Assembly: GCA_965242525.1 (NCBI GenBank)
Contig: OZ251459.1
Span: 3,616,001 to 3,680,000, forward strand
DNA length: 64,000 bases
Direction of reading: 5' to 3'
Source of the DNA: an uncultured Candidatus Binatia bacterium
Lineage (GTDB): Bacteria > Desulfobacterota > Binatia > UBA9968 > JAJDTQ01
Position numbers and translations under genes: made by a program. A model generated the notes under the pieces. It was not told the DNA's origin and searched no databases. It saw only the letters and a program-made list of their open reading frames with translations. Below, one piece after another: positions 9,665 to 18,901 of this stretch (within the stretch, counting starts at the first letter, position 1; every line of letters starts with the position of its first letter).

Positions 9665-10570
9665 ATGTCTTCCAACGGGACTTTTCCCCTGTTCGGTACG
9701 GGCGGCAACGGGTATGGCGGGCTTGCTCCCTGTCGGCCTTTGATGAAGTGGCCTGGCGGGAAAAGCGAAGAACTGCCTGTCATCCGTTCCTGCATACCGC
9801 CGCATACGCGCTACTTCGAACCGTTCCTGGGTGGAGGCGCGGTCTTCTTCGACGCAATCCAGGTCCCTTCCTTCCTCAACGACAAGCATGAAGACCTGAT
9901 GAACTTCTACGCTTGCGTTCAGAGGCAGACCCATAACTTCTTCCGGTCGTTGGATGCCTGGATCGACAAGTGGGACGAAGCCTCCCTCGAAGCGCGAAAC
10001 GCCATGTACTACGAAGTGCGCGGACGGTACAACGCCAACGACCGCACTGCGACGGCCCAGGCGGTGGACTTCTTCCTGCTTCGCGAGTTGGCTTACGGGG
10101 GAATGTTTCGAGTCAATTCCCGCGGCGCTTTCAACGTTCCTTTCGGACGGGCGTATGCCCTGAACAAGAACCTCCGGGACAAGGTGGACAACCTGCGCTC
10201 GGAAAGCGTAGTCGCAAAGATGGGGCGCGCCACTTTGAGCGCAAGGGACTTCGGGGAGTTCATGGAAGGGTTCCGGTTTACCAAAGATGACTTCATGTTC
10301 GTCGATCCGCCCTACGACTCCCGATTCTCGAAATACGATCAGCACGACTTCGACTCTGCGGACCACGAACGGCTGGCGAATATGCTGGAAAAGTTTCCCG
10401 GACGGTTCATGCTGATCTGCAAATCGACCCCGTTCGTCGAACGGGTCTATCTCGATCATTCCCGGTGGCATGTCCATCGCTACCAGCGCAACTACCGTTT
10501 CAACATCAAAGGACGGTTCTCCCGTTCCGTTACCCATGTAATGGTAGTGAATTATGACGCGCATCCCTGA
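9665..10570 (+). CDS. Dam-family (D12 class) N6-adenine DNA methyltransferase, orphan
   Basis: KWPGGK, YFEPFLGGGAVFF (SAM binding), FRVNSRGAFNVPFG, FVDPPY; start uncertain. Confidence 0.9.
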   Translation: MSSNGTFPLFGTGGNGYGGLAPCRPLMKWPGGKSEELPVIRSCIPPHTRYFEPFLGGGAVFFDAIQVPSFLNDKHEDLMNFYACVQRQTHNFFRSLDAWIDKWDEASLEARNAMYYEVRGRYNANDRTATAQAVDFFLLRELAYGGMFRVNSRGAFNVPFGRAYALNKNLRDKVDNLRSESVVAKMGRATLSARDFGEFMEGFRFTKDDFMFVDPPYDSRFSKYDQHDFDSADHERLANMLEKFPGRFMLICKSTPFVERVYLDHSRWHVHRYQRNYRFNIKGRFSRSVTHVMVVNYDAHP

Positions 10571-10644
10571 GAGGGAGCTCGTCCTGCCCGCCTTGCCGTT
10601 GCTCGCACGGGCCAAGGACGCCGGCCTGACCACATCTGGAATCA

Positions 10645-11019
10645 GGCGCTTCGGGAATTTCTGTGGGTAATGCAGGAGCGAAAGGGATCAGGCCGTCATT
10701 GCTCGACAGACGCCTGCTCCGTCATTCCCGCAGATGCCCACTCCGTCATTCCCGCGAAAGCGGGAATCCATCCGGTTCCATCGATCTCCTTGTACAAACC
10801 TCTCCAGGTCGGATAACCCTTCTCGATCCACTCGATCTTCCTTGCCCGATACCATTGCCTGACCGCCTTTCCTCTCTGGATAGCGCTTTCCAGGGGTCCG
10901 GGAACCTCGTATCCAATCAACCGGTGCACAGTGATGCAGGGCGCCCTGGGGTTGGCCGGAAGGATGGATTCCCGCTTTCGCGGGAATGACGGGGGGTGGG
11001 GCGTCTGCGGGAATGACGG
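10645..11019. mobile_element. Composite element, family C, with inverted REP pair
   Basis: GGCGCTTCGG end; CGTCATTCCCGCGAAAGCGGGAATCC at 10744-10769 and its inverse near 10966-10991. Confidence 0.75.
10780..10929 (-). pseudogene. Remnant of the C-terminal half of a GIY-YIG endonuclease
   Basis: HRLIGYEVPGPLESAIQRGKAVRQWYRARKIEWIEKGYPTWRGLYKEI resembles the family tail LVxYE..AIxREKxIKxWxRAWKIxLIE..NPxWxDLY. Confidence 0.75.
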
Positions 11020-11021
11020 TC

Positions 11022-11471
11022 ATGGGCGAATGCATCCTGAACCGCCTGGGACGGGGGCGCCGGGCCTTCAGCGCCGGCAGCCAGCCCCGGGGCGAGATCA
11101 ACCCCCATACCGTCGAGCTCCTGAAGAAGCTCAACTACGTGACCGACGACCTACGCTGCAAGAGTTGGGACGAGTTCGCGGAACCCGGCGCCCCCGAGAT
11201 GCAATTCGTCTTCACGGTCTGCGACCAGGCCGCCCAGGAAGCCTGTCCGCTATGGCCCGGCCAACCCATGTCCGCCCACTGGGGCATTCCCGACCCGGCT
11301 GCGGCCCGGGGGAACGAAGCCGAGAGGCGGGTGGCCTTCGCCGACGCCTACCGGATGCTGTACAACCGGATCTCGATCTTCGTCAGCCTCCCGCTGGCCT
11401 CCCTCGACCGGCTGACGCTGCAACGGCGCCTGGACCACATCGGGCGGCAAGGCGGACCGGGGGGCGCGTAA
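11022..11471 (+). pseudogene. arsC: 5'-truncated arsenate reductase (LMW-PTP-type ArsC)
   Basis: SAGSQPRG, KSWDEF, FVFTVCDQAAQEACP, HWGIPDPA present; the N-terminal CX5R loop is absent and repeat DNA sits in its place. Confidence 0.8.
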
Positions 11472-11547
11472 CACGATTGCAACAAGCAGTTCATCCGCGT
11501 GTGATGCAAGGGCAACGAGGGCGTAATAAAAGTAATAGACGGTTCAT
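11468..11547 (+). promoter_or_regulatory. Pho-box-like array upstream of pstS
   Basis: GTCAT-like half-sites in 11-bp register: GTAAC 11468, GCAAC 11479, TTCAT 11490, GTGAT 11501, GCAAC 11512, GTAAT 11523; a further pair GTAAT 11532 / TTCAT 11543. Confidence 0.6.
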
Positions 11548-11638
11548 TCCCATCGGGTAGGTTCCCGCCAGGATCGGTGGGGTCCTGCGGCTCGCCGCGG
11601 ACCCGGCGACAAAGGCATCATCCAAGGAGGATCGGACC

Positions 11639-12682
11639 ATGTATGGGAAAGGTGTGCTGAAGGCCGCGGTAGCGGCGCTGGCCGCGGCGGGTCTGGCGGC
11701 CCCGGCGGCGGCGCAACAGCGGGATTACATCCAGATCGTGGGGTCGTCCACGGTCTATCCGTTTACCACGGTGGTGGCCGAGCAGTTCGGCAAGACCACC
11801 AAGTTCAGGACCCCCAAGGTCGAGTCCACGGGCTCGGGCGGCGGCCTGAAGCTCTTCTGCGCCGGCATAGGCGTGGAGCACCCGGACATGACCAACTCGT
11901 CCCGGCGCATCAAGAAGAGCGAGGTCGAGCGTTGCGCCAAAAACGGCGTGGCGGAGATCGTCGAGCTCAAGGTGGGCTACGACGGCATCGCGGTGGCCAA
12001 CTCGAAGAAGAGCGCGGCCCTGAGCCTCTCCCCCCGGGACCTCTACCTCGCTCTGGCCAAGGACGTGCCGGCCAACGCGGACGGGTCCAGGCGGAAGCCG
12101 AACCCCAACAAGATCTGGAAGGACGTGAACGCCAAGCTCCCGGACAAGAAGATCGAGGTGCTGGGGCCCCCGCCCACGTCCGGCACCCGGGACGCGTTCG
12201 TGGAGTTGGTGATGGACGCCGGCTGCAAGACCTTCGCCGGCATCGCGAAGCTCTCCAGGAAGCCCCGCAGGGCGGCCTGCCGCACCATGCGCGAGGACGG
12301 CGCCTTCATCGAGGCGGGCGAGAACGACAACCTCATCGTGCAGAAGCTCGACGCCAACCCCAACGCGTTCGGGATCTTCGGCTTCAGCTTCCTCGACCAG
12401 AACACGGACAAGCTCCGGGGCGCGTCCATCAACGGCGTGGAGCCCGTGTTCGAGACCATCGCCGACGGCAGCTACCCGGTCTCGCGTCCGCTCTACGTCT
12501 ATATCAAGAAGGCCCACCTGGACGTGATCGCCGGCATGAGGGAGTTCCTCGCCGAATACGCCAGCGAGAAGGCGTGGGGCGACGACGGCTACCTGTCCGA
12601 CAAGGGGCTGATCCCCATGCCCAAAGAGGAGCGGGAGCAGTTCTCCGCGGACGTGGAGAACCTGAAGAACCTGGCTCTGTAA
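11639..12682 (+). CDS. pstS: Phosphate ABC transporter substrate-binding protein
   Basis: IVGSSTVYPF, VESTGSGGG, GPPPTSGTRDAF, YPVSRPLY; first gene of a pst operon. Confidence 0.95.
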   Translation: MYGKGVLKAAVAALAAAGLAAPAAAQQRDYIQIVGSSTVYPFTTVVAEQFGKTTKFRTPKVESTGSGGGLKLFCAGIGVEHPDMTNSSRRIKKSEVERCAKNGVAEIVELKVGYDGIAVANSKKSAALSLSPRDLYLALAKDVPANADGSRRKPNPNKIWKDVNAKLPDKKIEVLGPPPTSGTRDAFVELVMDAGCKTFAGIAKLSRKPRRAACRTMREDGAFIEAGENDNLIVQKLDANPNAFGIFGFSFLDQNTDKLRGASINGVEPVFETIADGSYPVSRPLYVYIKKAHLDVIAGMREFLAEYASEKAWGDDGYLSDKGLIPMPKEEREQFSADVENLKNLAL

Positions 12683-12802
12683 CCCGGCCCCCGGCCACTG
12701 GCCCCGAGCTCGGCTGCGACGGGAGCGACCCGTCGCAGCCGGACCCTCGACCCGACCCCTCACAGCGAGGATGGAAACTGCCGACGCAACGGGCTCCCTG
12801 AC

Positions 12803-14182
12803 ATGGGCTCTCCAAGTTTGATCCTCGCGTTGCTGGGCTTGAGCTCGGTAAGCTACTACCTGGGCTGGAGACGGTCCATCTCCCTGGCCCGGGGGACCGT
12901 CCGCAACCTGCACTCCCTTCCCGGCTACCACGGCCTCTACACCGCCCTGTGGGTCGCGGTCCCGGCCCTGCTGCTGCTGGCCGTCGGAGTGACCCTCCAA
13001 GGCCCCGTCATCACCCGGATCGTGGTGGCCGACCTGCCCCAGGAGGTCCGGGACCTGCCGCCCGAGCGGCTCAACCTGGTCGTCAACGACATCCGGAACC
13101 TGGCGTCGGGCAACATCGCCTCCCGCAAGAGCCCCGCCATGATCGCCGCGGCGGAACGGTACGTGCGCTTGCAGGGCTACGGCGCCATCGCCCTCACCGT
13201 GGCGGTGCTCGCGCTGGCCACGGCCTGCGGCGCCCTGTCCTGGCGCACCATCCAACCCGGCAGGCGCGCGCGCAACTCGGTGGAGCGGATCATCCTGGGC
13301 TTCCTGATGGCCAGCTCCACCATCGCCATCCTCACCACCGTGGGCATCGTGCTGTCGGTGTTGTTCGAATCGCTCCGCTTCTTCCAGACGGTGCCGTTGC
13401 GCGAGTTCCTCTTCGGTGTCGAGTGGAGCCCCCAGACCGCCATCCGAGCCGACCAGGTGGGCGCGTCCGGGGCCTTCGGCGCGGTGCCGCTGTTCGCCGG
13501 CACCCTGCTCATCTCCTTCATCGCCATGCTGGTGGCCGTGCCCGTGGGCCTCATGTCGGCCATCTACCTCACCGAGTACGCCCGGCCCCGGGTGCGCGCA
13601 GTGGTCAAGCCCCTGCTGGAGGTGCTGGCCGGCATCCCCACCGTGGTCTATGGGTTCTTCGCGGCCCTGACGGTGGCGCCGGTCATCCGCGGATGGGGAG
13701 AGGCCCTGGGCCTCGACGTGGCGTCCGAGAGCGCCCTGACCGCGGGGCTGGTCATGGGGGTGATGATCATCCCGTTCGTCTCCTCGCTGTCCGACGACGT
13801 CATCAACGCCGTGCCCCAGGCCATGCGCGACGGCGCCTACGCCCTGGGGTCCACCCCGTCCGAGACCGTCAAGCGGGTGGTCATCCCCGCGGCCCTCCCC
13901 GGCATCGTCGGCGGCGTCCTGCTGGCCATCTCGCGGGCCATCGGGGAGACCATGATCGTGGTCATGGCCGCGGGGCTCGCCGCCAACCTGACGGCCAACC
14001 CGCTGCAGGCCGTCACCACGGTGACGGTGCAGATCGTGACCCTGCTGACCGGGGACCAGGAGTTCGACAGCCCCAAGACCCTGGCCGCGTTCGCCCTGGG
14101 CCTGGTGCTCTTCGTCGTGACCCTGGGACTGAACGTGGTGGCGCTGCACGTGGTGCGCAAGTACCGGGAGCAGTACGAATAA
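12803..14182 (+). CDS. pstC: Phosphate ABC transporter permease
   Basis: LAGIPTVVYGFF, SRAIGETMIV. Confidence 0.95.
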   Translation: MGSPSLILALLGLSSVSYYLGWRRSISLARGTVRNLHSLPGYHGLYTALWVAVPALLLLAVGVTLQGPVITRIVVADLPQEVRDLPPERLNLVVNDIRNLASGNIASRKSPAMIAAAERYVRLQGYGAIALTVAVLALATACGALSWRTIQPGRRARNSVERIILGFLMASSTIAILTTVGIVLSVLFESLRFFQTVPLREFLFGVEWSPQTAIRADQVGASGAFGAVPLFAGTLLISFIAMLVAVPVGLMSAIYLTEYARPRVRAVVKPLLEVLAGIPTVVYGFFAALTVAPVIRGWGEALGLDVASESALTAGLVMGVMIIPFVSSLSDDVINAVPQAMRDGAYALGSTPSETVKRVVIPAALPGIVGGVLLAISRAIGETMIVVMAAGLAANLTANPLQAVTTVTVQIVTLLTGDQEFDSPKTLAAFALGLVLFVVTLGLNVVALHVVRKYREQYE

Positions 14183-14186
14183 GCCC

Positions 14187-15476
14187 ATGGAACCGAGACC
14201 CGGCAACACCATGGAGAGCGTGCGCGGCACCCTTCCCCGCAGGCGCCGGGCCGAGCGCCGCTTCCGGAACATCGGGCGCTTGGCGGTGCTGGTGGGACTC
14301 GCGTTCCTGGCGCTGATGTTCGTCAGCATCGTCGCCAAGGGTTATCCCGCCTTCCGGCAGACCTGGGTGAAGCTGCCGGTCTTCTTCGACCCGCAGGTCA
14401 TCGACCCCAACGGCACGGGCGACGAGGAGGTCATCGGGGCGGCCGACTACGGCGCCCTGGTCAAGGCGTCCGTGCGCTCGCTCTTTCCCGAGGTGGGAGG
14501 CAGGAGGGACCGCCGGGACCTGGGCAAGCTCGTCAGCCCGGGCGCCGTCTTCCAGCTACGCCGCATGACCCTGGAGGACCCCTCGCTGGTGGGCGCCCGA
14601 GTCGAGGTATGGGCGCCCGCCAACGACGACTACGACATGCTCCGCAAGGGGAACGTCGATCGGAGCCTGCCGGAGAGCGACCGGCGGCTGTCCGACAGGC
14701 AGATCGGGTGGTTCGACCGGCTCGCCGCGGACGGGCGGGTGGAGTCGCGGTTCAACGAGACCTTCTTCACCGCGGGGGACTCCCGGGAGCCCGAGCTCGC
14801 GGGCGTCTGGGGCGCGGTCATGGGGTCGTTCTTCACCCTCACGGTCACCCTGCTGTTGTCGTTCCCGCTGGGGGCGGCCACCGCGGTCTATCTGGAGGAG
14901 TTCGCTCCCCGGAACCGCCTGACCGACCTGATCGAGGTGAACATCAACAACTTGGCCGCGGTGCCCTCCATCGTGTTCGGCCTGCTGGGCCTGGCGGTGT
15001 TCATCAACTTCTTCGGCCTGCCGCGCTCCGCGCCGCTGGTGGGAGGGCTGGTGCTCACCCTCATGACCCTCCCCACCATCATCATCGCCGGCCGCGCCGC
15101 GCTCAAGTCGGTGCCCCCTTCCATCCGGGACGCGGCGTTGGGGGTGGGCGCGTCGAAGATGCAGATGATCGTGCACCACGTGCTGCCTCTGGCCATGCCG
15201 GGCATGTTGACCGGCGCCATCATCGGCATGGCCCGGGCCCTGGGCGAGACCGCGCCGCTGCTGATGATCGGCATGGTGGCCTTCGTGGTGGACATCCCCC
15301 AGGGGGTCACGGACGCGGCCACCGCGCTTCCGGTGCAGATCTTCCTGTGGGCGGACAGCCCCGAACGCGCCTTCGTGGAGCGCACTTCCGCGGCCATCAT
15401 GGTGCTGCTGGCGTTCCTCCTCGCCATGAACGCCTTGGCCGTGGTGCTGCGGGGGCGCTTTGAAAGACGCTGGTAA
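14187..15476 (+). CDS. pstA: Phosphate ABC transporter permease
   Basis: NLAAVPSIVFGLLG, ARALGETAPL. Confidence 0.95.
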   Translation: MEPRPGNTMESVRGTLPRRRRAERRFRNIGRLAVLVGLAFLALMFVSIVAKGYPAFRQTWVKLPVFFDPQVIDPNGTGDEEVIGAADYGALVKASVRSLFPEVGGRRDRRDLGKLVSPGAVFQLRRMTLEDPSLVGARVEVWAPANDDYDMLRKGNVDRSLPESDRRLSDRQIGWFDRLAADGRVESRFNETFFTAGDSREPELAGVWGAVMGSFFTLTVTLLLSFPLGAATAVYLEEFAPRNRLTDLIEVNINNLAAVPSIVFGLLGLAVFINFFGLPRSAPLVGGLVLTLMTLPTIIIAGRAALKSVPPSIRDAALGVGASKMQMIVHHVLPLAMPGMLTGAIIGMARALGETAPLLMIGMVAFVVDIPQGVTDAATALPVQIFLWADSPERAFVERTSAAIMVLLAFLLAMNALAVVLRGRFERRW

Positions 15477-15491
15477 AACTGGCACAAGGGA

Positions 15492-15602
15492 GGAGCCCTG
15501 AACGACCGTCTCCGTTCGTCCTGAGCGTAGCGAAGCGAAGTCGAAGGACGCGCGCAAGGGACGCGCTTTCCCAGGGGAGAGACGGCGTCATTCAGCCGTT
15601 CC
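15492..15602. mobile_element. MITE-like element, family B, between pstA and pstB
   Basis: Ends GGAGCCCTGAAC ... TTCAGCCGTTCC; core CCGTTCGTCCTGAGCGTAGCGAAGCGAAGTCGAAGGAC. Confidence 0.65.
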
Positions 15603-15653
15603 ACGAAGAGGTTGCCCGCGCGTGCGGGATACACGGTCCGGGAGACGCCGACG

Positions 15654-16532
15654 ATGGCCAGCCAATCGAGTGCAGCAGTCATGGAAGCGGACACGCCGGA
15701 GTTCATGGAGACCGGGACGAGCGAGGCCGACGAGCGCCGGGAAAGCCGTGAGACCGTGGGCGCGCCGTTCATCGACGACCCGCGCATGACCTGCCGCGGG
15801 GTCAACGTCCATTACGGCGACAAGCAGGCCATCCGCAACGTGAGCCTGGACATCGGGCGGAAGCAGGTGCTGGCCATGATCGGGCCGTCCGGGTGCGGCA
15901 AGTCCACCTTCCTGCGCACCCTCAACCGGATGAACGACACCATCGACGGCTGCCGCGTGAGCGGCGAGATCAAGCTCGACGGCCTGGACATCTACGACAA
16001 GGACATGGACGTGGTGCCGCTCCGGGCGGAGGTGGGGATGGTGTTCCAGAAGCCCAACCCCTTCCCCAAGTCGATCTTCGACAACATCGCCTACGGCGTG
16101 CGCATCCACGGGTTGGCCGGGTCCAAGTCCGAACTGGACGGGATCGTCGAGAGCAGCCTGAAACGGGTGGGCCTGTGGGAAGAGGTGAACGACCGGCTCC
16201 ACCAGCCGGGCACCGGCCTTTCCGGCGGCCAGCAGCAGCGGCTATGCATCGCCCGGACCATCGCGGTGAGTCCCGAGGTCATCCTCATGGACGAGCCCTG
16301 TTCGTCCCTGGACCCCATCGCCACCGCCCGGGTGGAAGACCTGATCAACGAGCTGGGACGCGACTACGCCATCGCCATCGTCACCCACTCCATGCAGCAG
16401 GCCGCCCGGGTCTCGCAGCGGACCGCCTACTTCCACCTGGGAGACCTGCTGGAGATCGGCCCCACCGACCGGATCTTCACCAACCCCATCCACCCCCTCA
16501 CCGAGGACTACATCACCGGGCGCTTCGGCTGA
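15654..16532 (+). CDS. pstB: Phosphate ABC transporter ATPase
   Basis: [40 protein letters not shown]; start placed at ATG 15654. Confidence 0.96.
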   Translation: MASQSSAAVMEADTPEFMETGTSEADERRESRETVGAPFIDDPRMTCRGVNVHYGDKQAIRNVSLDIGRKQVLAMIGPSGCGKSTFLRTLNRMNDTIDGCRVSGEIKLDGLDIYDKDMDVVPLRAEVGMVFQKPNPFPKSIFDNIAYGVRIHGLAGSKSELDGIVESSLKRVGLWEEVNDRLHQPGTGLSGGQQQRLCIARTIAVSPEVILMDEPCSSLDPIATARVEDLINELGRDYAIAIVTHSMQQAARVSQRTAYFHLGDLLEIGPTDRIFTNPIHPLTEDYITGRFG

Positions 16533-16639
16533 CGGGCGGTATCGCGTCATCCGTTGGGAAGTCTGCACTACCGGCAGGGCGACTCGAAACGCAACGCCAG
16601 GAGGTTGCCCCATGCAGCGAGCAAAGAGAAGATCCTCTC

Positions 16640-16696
16640 TCCGTTCGTCCCGAGTCCCCTCTCCGTTCGTCCTGAGCGTAGCGAAGTCGAAGGACG
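16640..16696. repeat. REP-like hairpin unit (MITE core type)
   Basis: CCGTTCGTCCTGAGCGTAGCGAAGTCGAAGGACG between convergent genes. Confidence 0.7.
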
Positions 16697-16719
16697 CGAC
16701 CCCGACGCCACGTCCGAAA

Positions 16720-17649
16720 TCAGTTGCCGGTGACCGAGTCCAGCTTGCCGAAGAGGGCTTCGAGCCGGTCCAGGGCTTCGGGCGGAAGGGGCGGCTCGAG
16801 CGCCGCGGCCACGTTGGCGTCGAGGTGGCCTTCGTCCCCGGTGCCGGTGAGCACCACGTCCACCCCCGGCTCGTGTACGCAGAAGCGGTAGGCCGCCTCG
16901 GTGAGGGTTTCGGCGCAGCCGTCTTCGGTGAGGAACTCCAAAGACCCGGCGCCGGGCGCAACCAGCCCCCGCCGCTCCAGGTCCCGGAGCAGCGGCGCGA
17001 GCCGCGACGGGTCGCTCAAGGCTCGCCGGACCGCGAACATCACCAGCGTGCCCACCCCCTTCTTCGCCGTGACCGGGAAGACGCTGCGCCGTGCGGACGG
17101 GTTCAGCAGGTTGAAGCCCGCCATCACCACGCCCCAATAGGGGTCGCGCAGACCGCGCCGCAGCATCTCGTGGCGCGGGTTGGCCGGGAACTCCTCGGTA
17201 ATGCCCACGGCGCGGACCTTGCCCGCCTCCCGCAAGCGCATGAGGGGAGGCGCCAGGACGCTGGCCGCGAAGTCGTAGCGCGCGGCGCTCACGCCGTGGA
17301 GATGGTAGATGTCCACGTAATGGGCGCCGAGCCGCTTCAGGCTCGCGTCGAGCCCCGCCCGGATGGTGGCCGCAGGGTCGGGATCACCGGGATCGGGCAG
17401 GGTCTTCTTGGTGGACAACACCACCCGGTCCCGCGGGACCCCGCGGATGGCCGAGCCGACGATCTCCTCCGTCCCGTAGGACTCCGCGGTGTCGAGCAGG
17501 TTGACGCCCAGGTCCAGCGCCCTGCGCACCAAGCCGACGGACTGCTTCACGCTCTTTCCGCCGCGCTGTCCGAGCCGGCTCGGGCCGCCGCAACCAAGCC
17601 CGACGACGCTCACCGTGATCCCGGTGTTGCCGAGTTCCCTGTAGTTCAT
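16720..17649 (-). CDS. Aldo/keto reductase
   Basis: MNYRELGNTGITVSVVGLG, LDTAESYG, SLKRLG..YVDIYHLH. Confidence 0.9.
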   Translation of the reverse strand: MNYRELGNTGITVSVVGLGCGGPSRLGQRGGKSVKQSVGLVRRALDLGVNLLDTAESYGTEEIVGSAIRGVPRDRVVLSTKKTLPDPGDPDPAATIRAGLDASLKRLGAHYVDIYHLHGVSAARYDFAASVLAPPLMRLREAGKVRAVGITEEFPANPRHEMLRRGLRDPYWGVVMAGFNLLNPSARRSVFPVTAKKGVGTLVMFAVRRALSDPSRLAPLLRDLERRGLVAPGAGSLEFLTEDGCAETLTEAAYRFCVHEPGVDVVLTGTGDEGHLDANVAAALEPPLPPEALDRLEALFGKLDSVTGN

Positions 17650-17929
17650 GGAAAGCCTGGCATCGAATGATTCCACTTGCGCCCGCGCCCTTCCGCACGG
17701 TTCGGGGACCCTGCACGGACAGCGGACGTTTGACAGATTCCACCCGGATTTACAAATTGGCCAGGGTTTCCGAGAGAGTGCAGCCGTTCGACCTCGACGA
17801 GTTCCTGAACGACCCCCATGAGCCGCCGCTACGGGGACCATACGTCCATGCCCGTGCGGTTGATTACCGGCCTGCGTTTGCTGTAATCGTTGGCGGCATG
17901 AAGCGCCCGCGGACCCGACGGAGGGACTC

Positions 17930-18835
17930 ATGGCCCAGGTAGTGGGATGCATGGCCATGTCCCACGGCCCCCAGTTGATGATGCCTCCCAACCGCTGGCA
18001 GGTGCTGACGGCCAAGGACCGGCGGGAGCATGGCGCCGCCCTCGACGCCGCGCCCCGCGACGAACCCGATGAGGTCAGGTGGTCCAAGTGGCGGCGTTGC
18101 ATGGAGGCCATCGACGCGCTCCGGGCCAAGCTTCGGGAATGGGACCCGGACGCGTTGGTCGTGGTGGGGGACGACCAGCACGAGAACCTGCTGGAAGACG
18201 CCATGCCGCCCTTCACCGTCTATGTGGGCGCCGAGGCCGAAGCCAGCGTGAGCCTGCGCTACTTCGACGAGCCCCCGTCCGCCAACCGCTCGCGCTACGA
18301 CGTGCCGCAACGGCTGGGGGAGGCCCTGGTGGAGCGGCTCATGGAGGACGGGTTCGACGTGGCCTGCTCCCGGAACCTCCGCCATCCGGGCGGGTTGGGG
18401 CACGCCTTTGCCCGGCCCCTGAAGTTCCTCGCCTCCGACGGCCGCATCCCGGTCCTGCCGGTGATGGTGAACACCTATTTCCCGCCGGCCCCTTCGCCCC
18501 GCCGCTGCATCGAGTTCGGCCGGGCCCTGGGGCGGGCGGTGGCCGCGGACCGCGAGGTCGGCAAGGTGGCGGTGCTGGCTTCGGGCGGCCTGAGCCACAC
18601 CCGCATCGACGAGGACCTAGACCGCAGGGTCGTCCGCGCCCTGGAGGCCAACGACATGGACGCCCTGGCGGACATGCCCGCCAAGGCGCTGGTCCGGGGG
18701 ACCTCGGAGATACGCAACTGGATGGCGGTGGCGGCGCTGGCGGACAGGCCCGCGCGGATGATCGACTACCAGCCCCTCTACCGGTCACCGCCCAACGTGG
18801 GCTGCGCCATGGGCTTCGCGGTCTGGGAGGGGTGA
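17930..18835 (+). CDS. Class III extradiol ring-cleavage dioxygenase (LigB fold)
   Basis: MSHGP, VVGDDQHE, LGHAF, ASGGLSH, SEIRNW. Confidence 0.85.
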   Translation: MAQVVGCMAMSHGPQLMMPPNRWQVLTAKDRREHGAALDAAPRDEPDEVRWSKWRRCMEAIDALRAKLREWDPDALVVVGDDQHENLLEDAMPPFTVYVGAEAEASVSLRYFDEPPSANRSRYDVPQRLGEALVERLMEDGFDVACSRNLRHPGGLGHAFARPLKFLASDGRIPVLPVMVNTYFPPAPSPRRCIEFGRALGRAVAADREVGKVAVLASGGLSHTRIDEDLDRRVVRALEANDMDALADMPAKALVRGTSEIRNWMAVAALADRPARMIDYQPLYRSPPNVGCAMGFAVWEG

Positions 18836-18901
18836 AGCGGGGCTGTCCTGCGCGGCGCGGAACCGCGAACGGAAGGACACGGTCCGAGGAGTGAACGCGC
18901 C

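Noticed and set aside
10696-10929. GIY-YIG remnant as the cognate restriction enzyme of the Dam-like methylase
   Set aside because: It lacks the catalytic N-terminus and recurs inside the same repeat elsewhere in the window.
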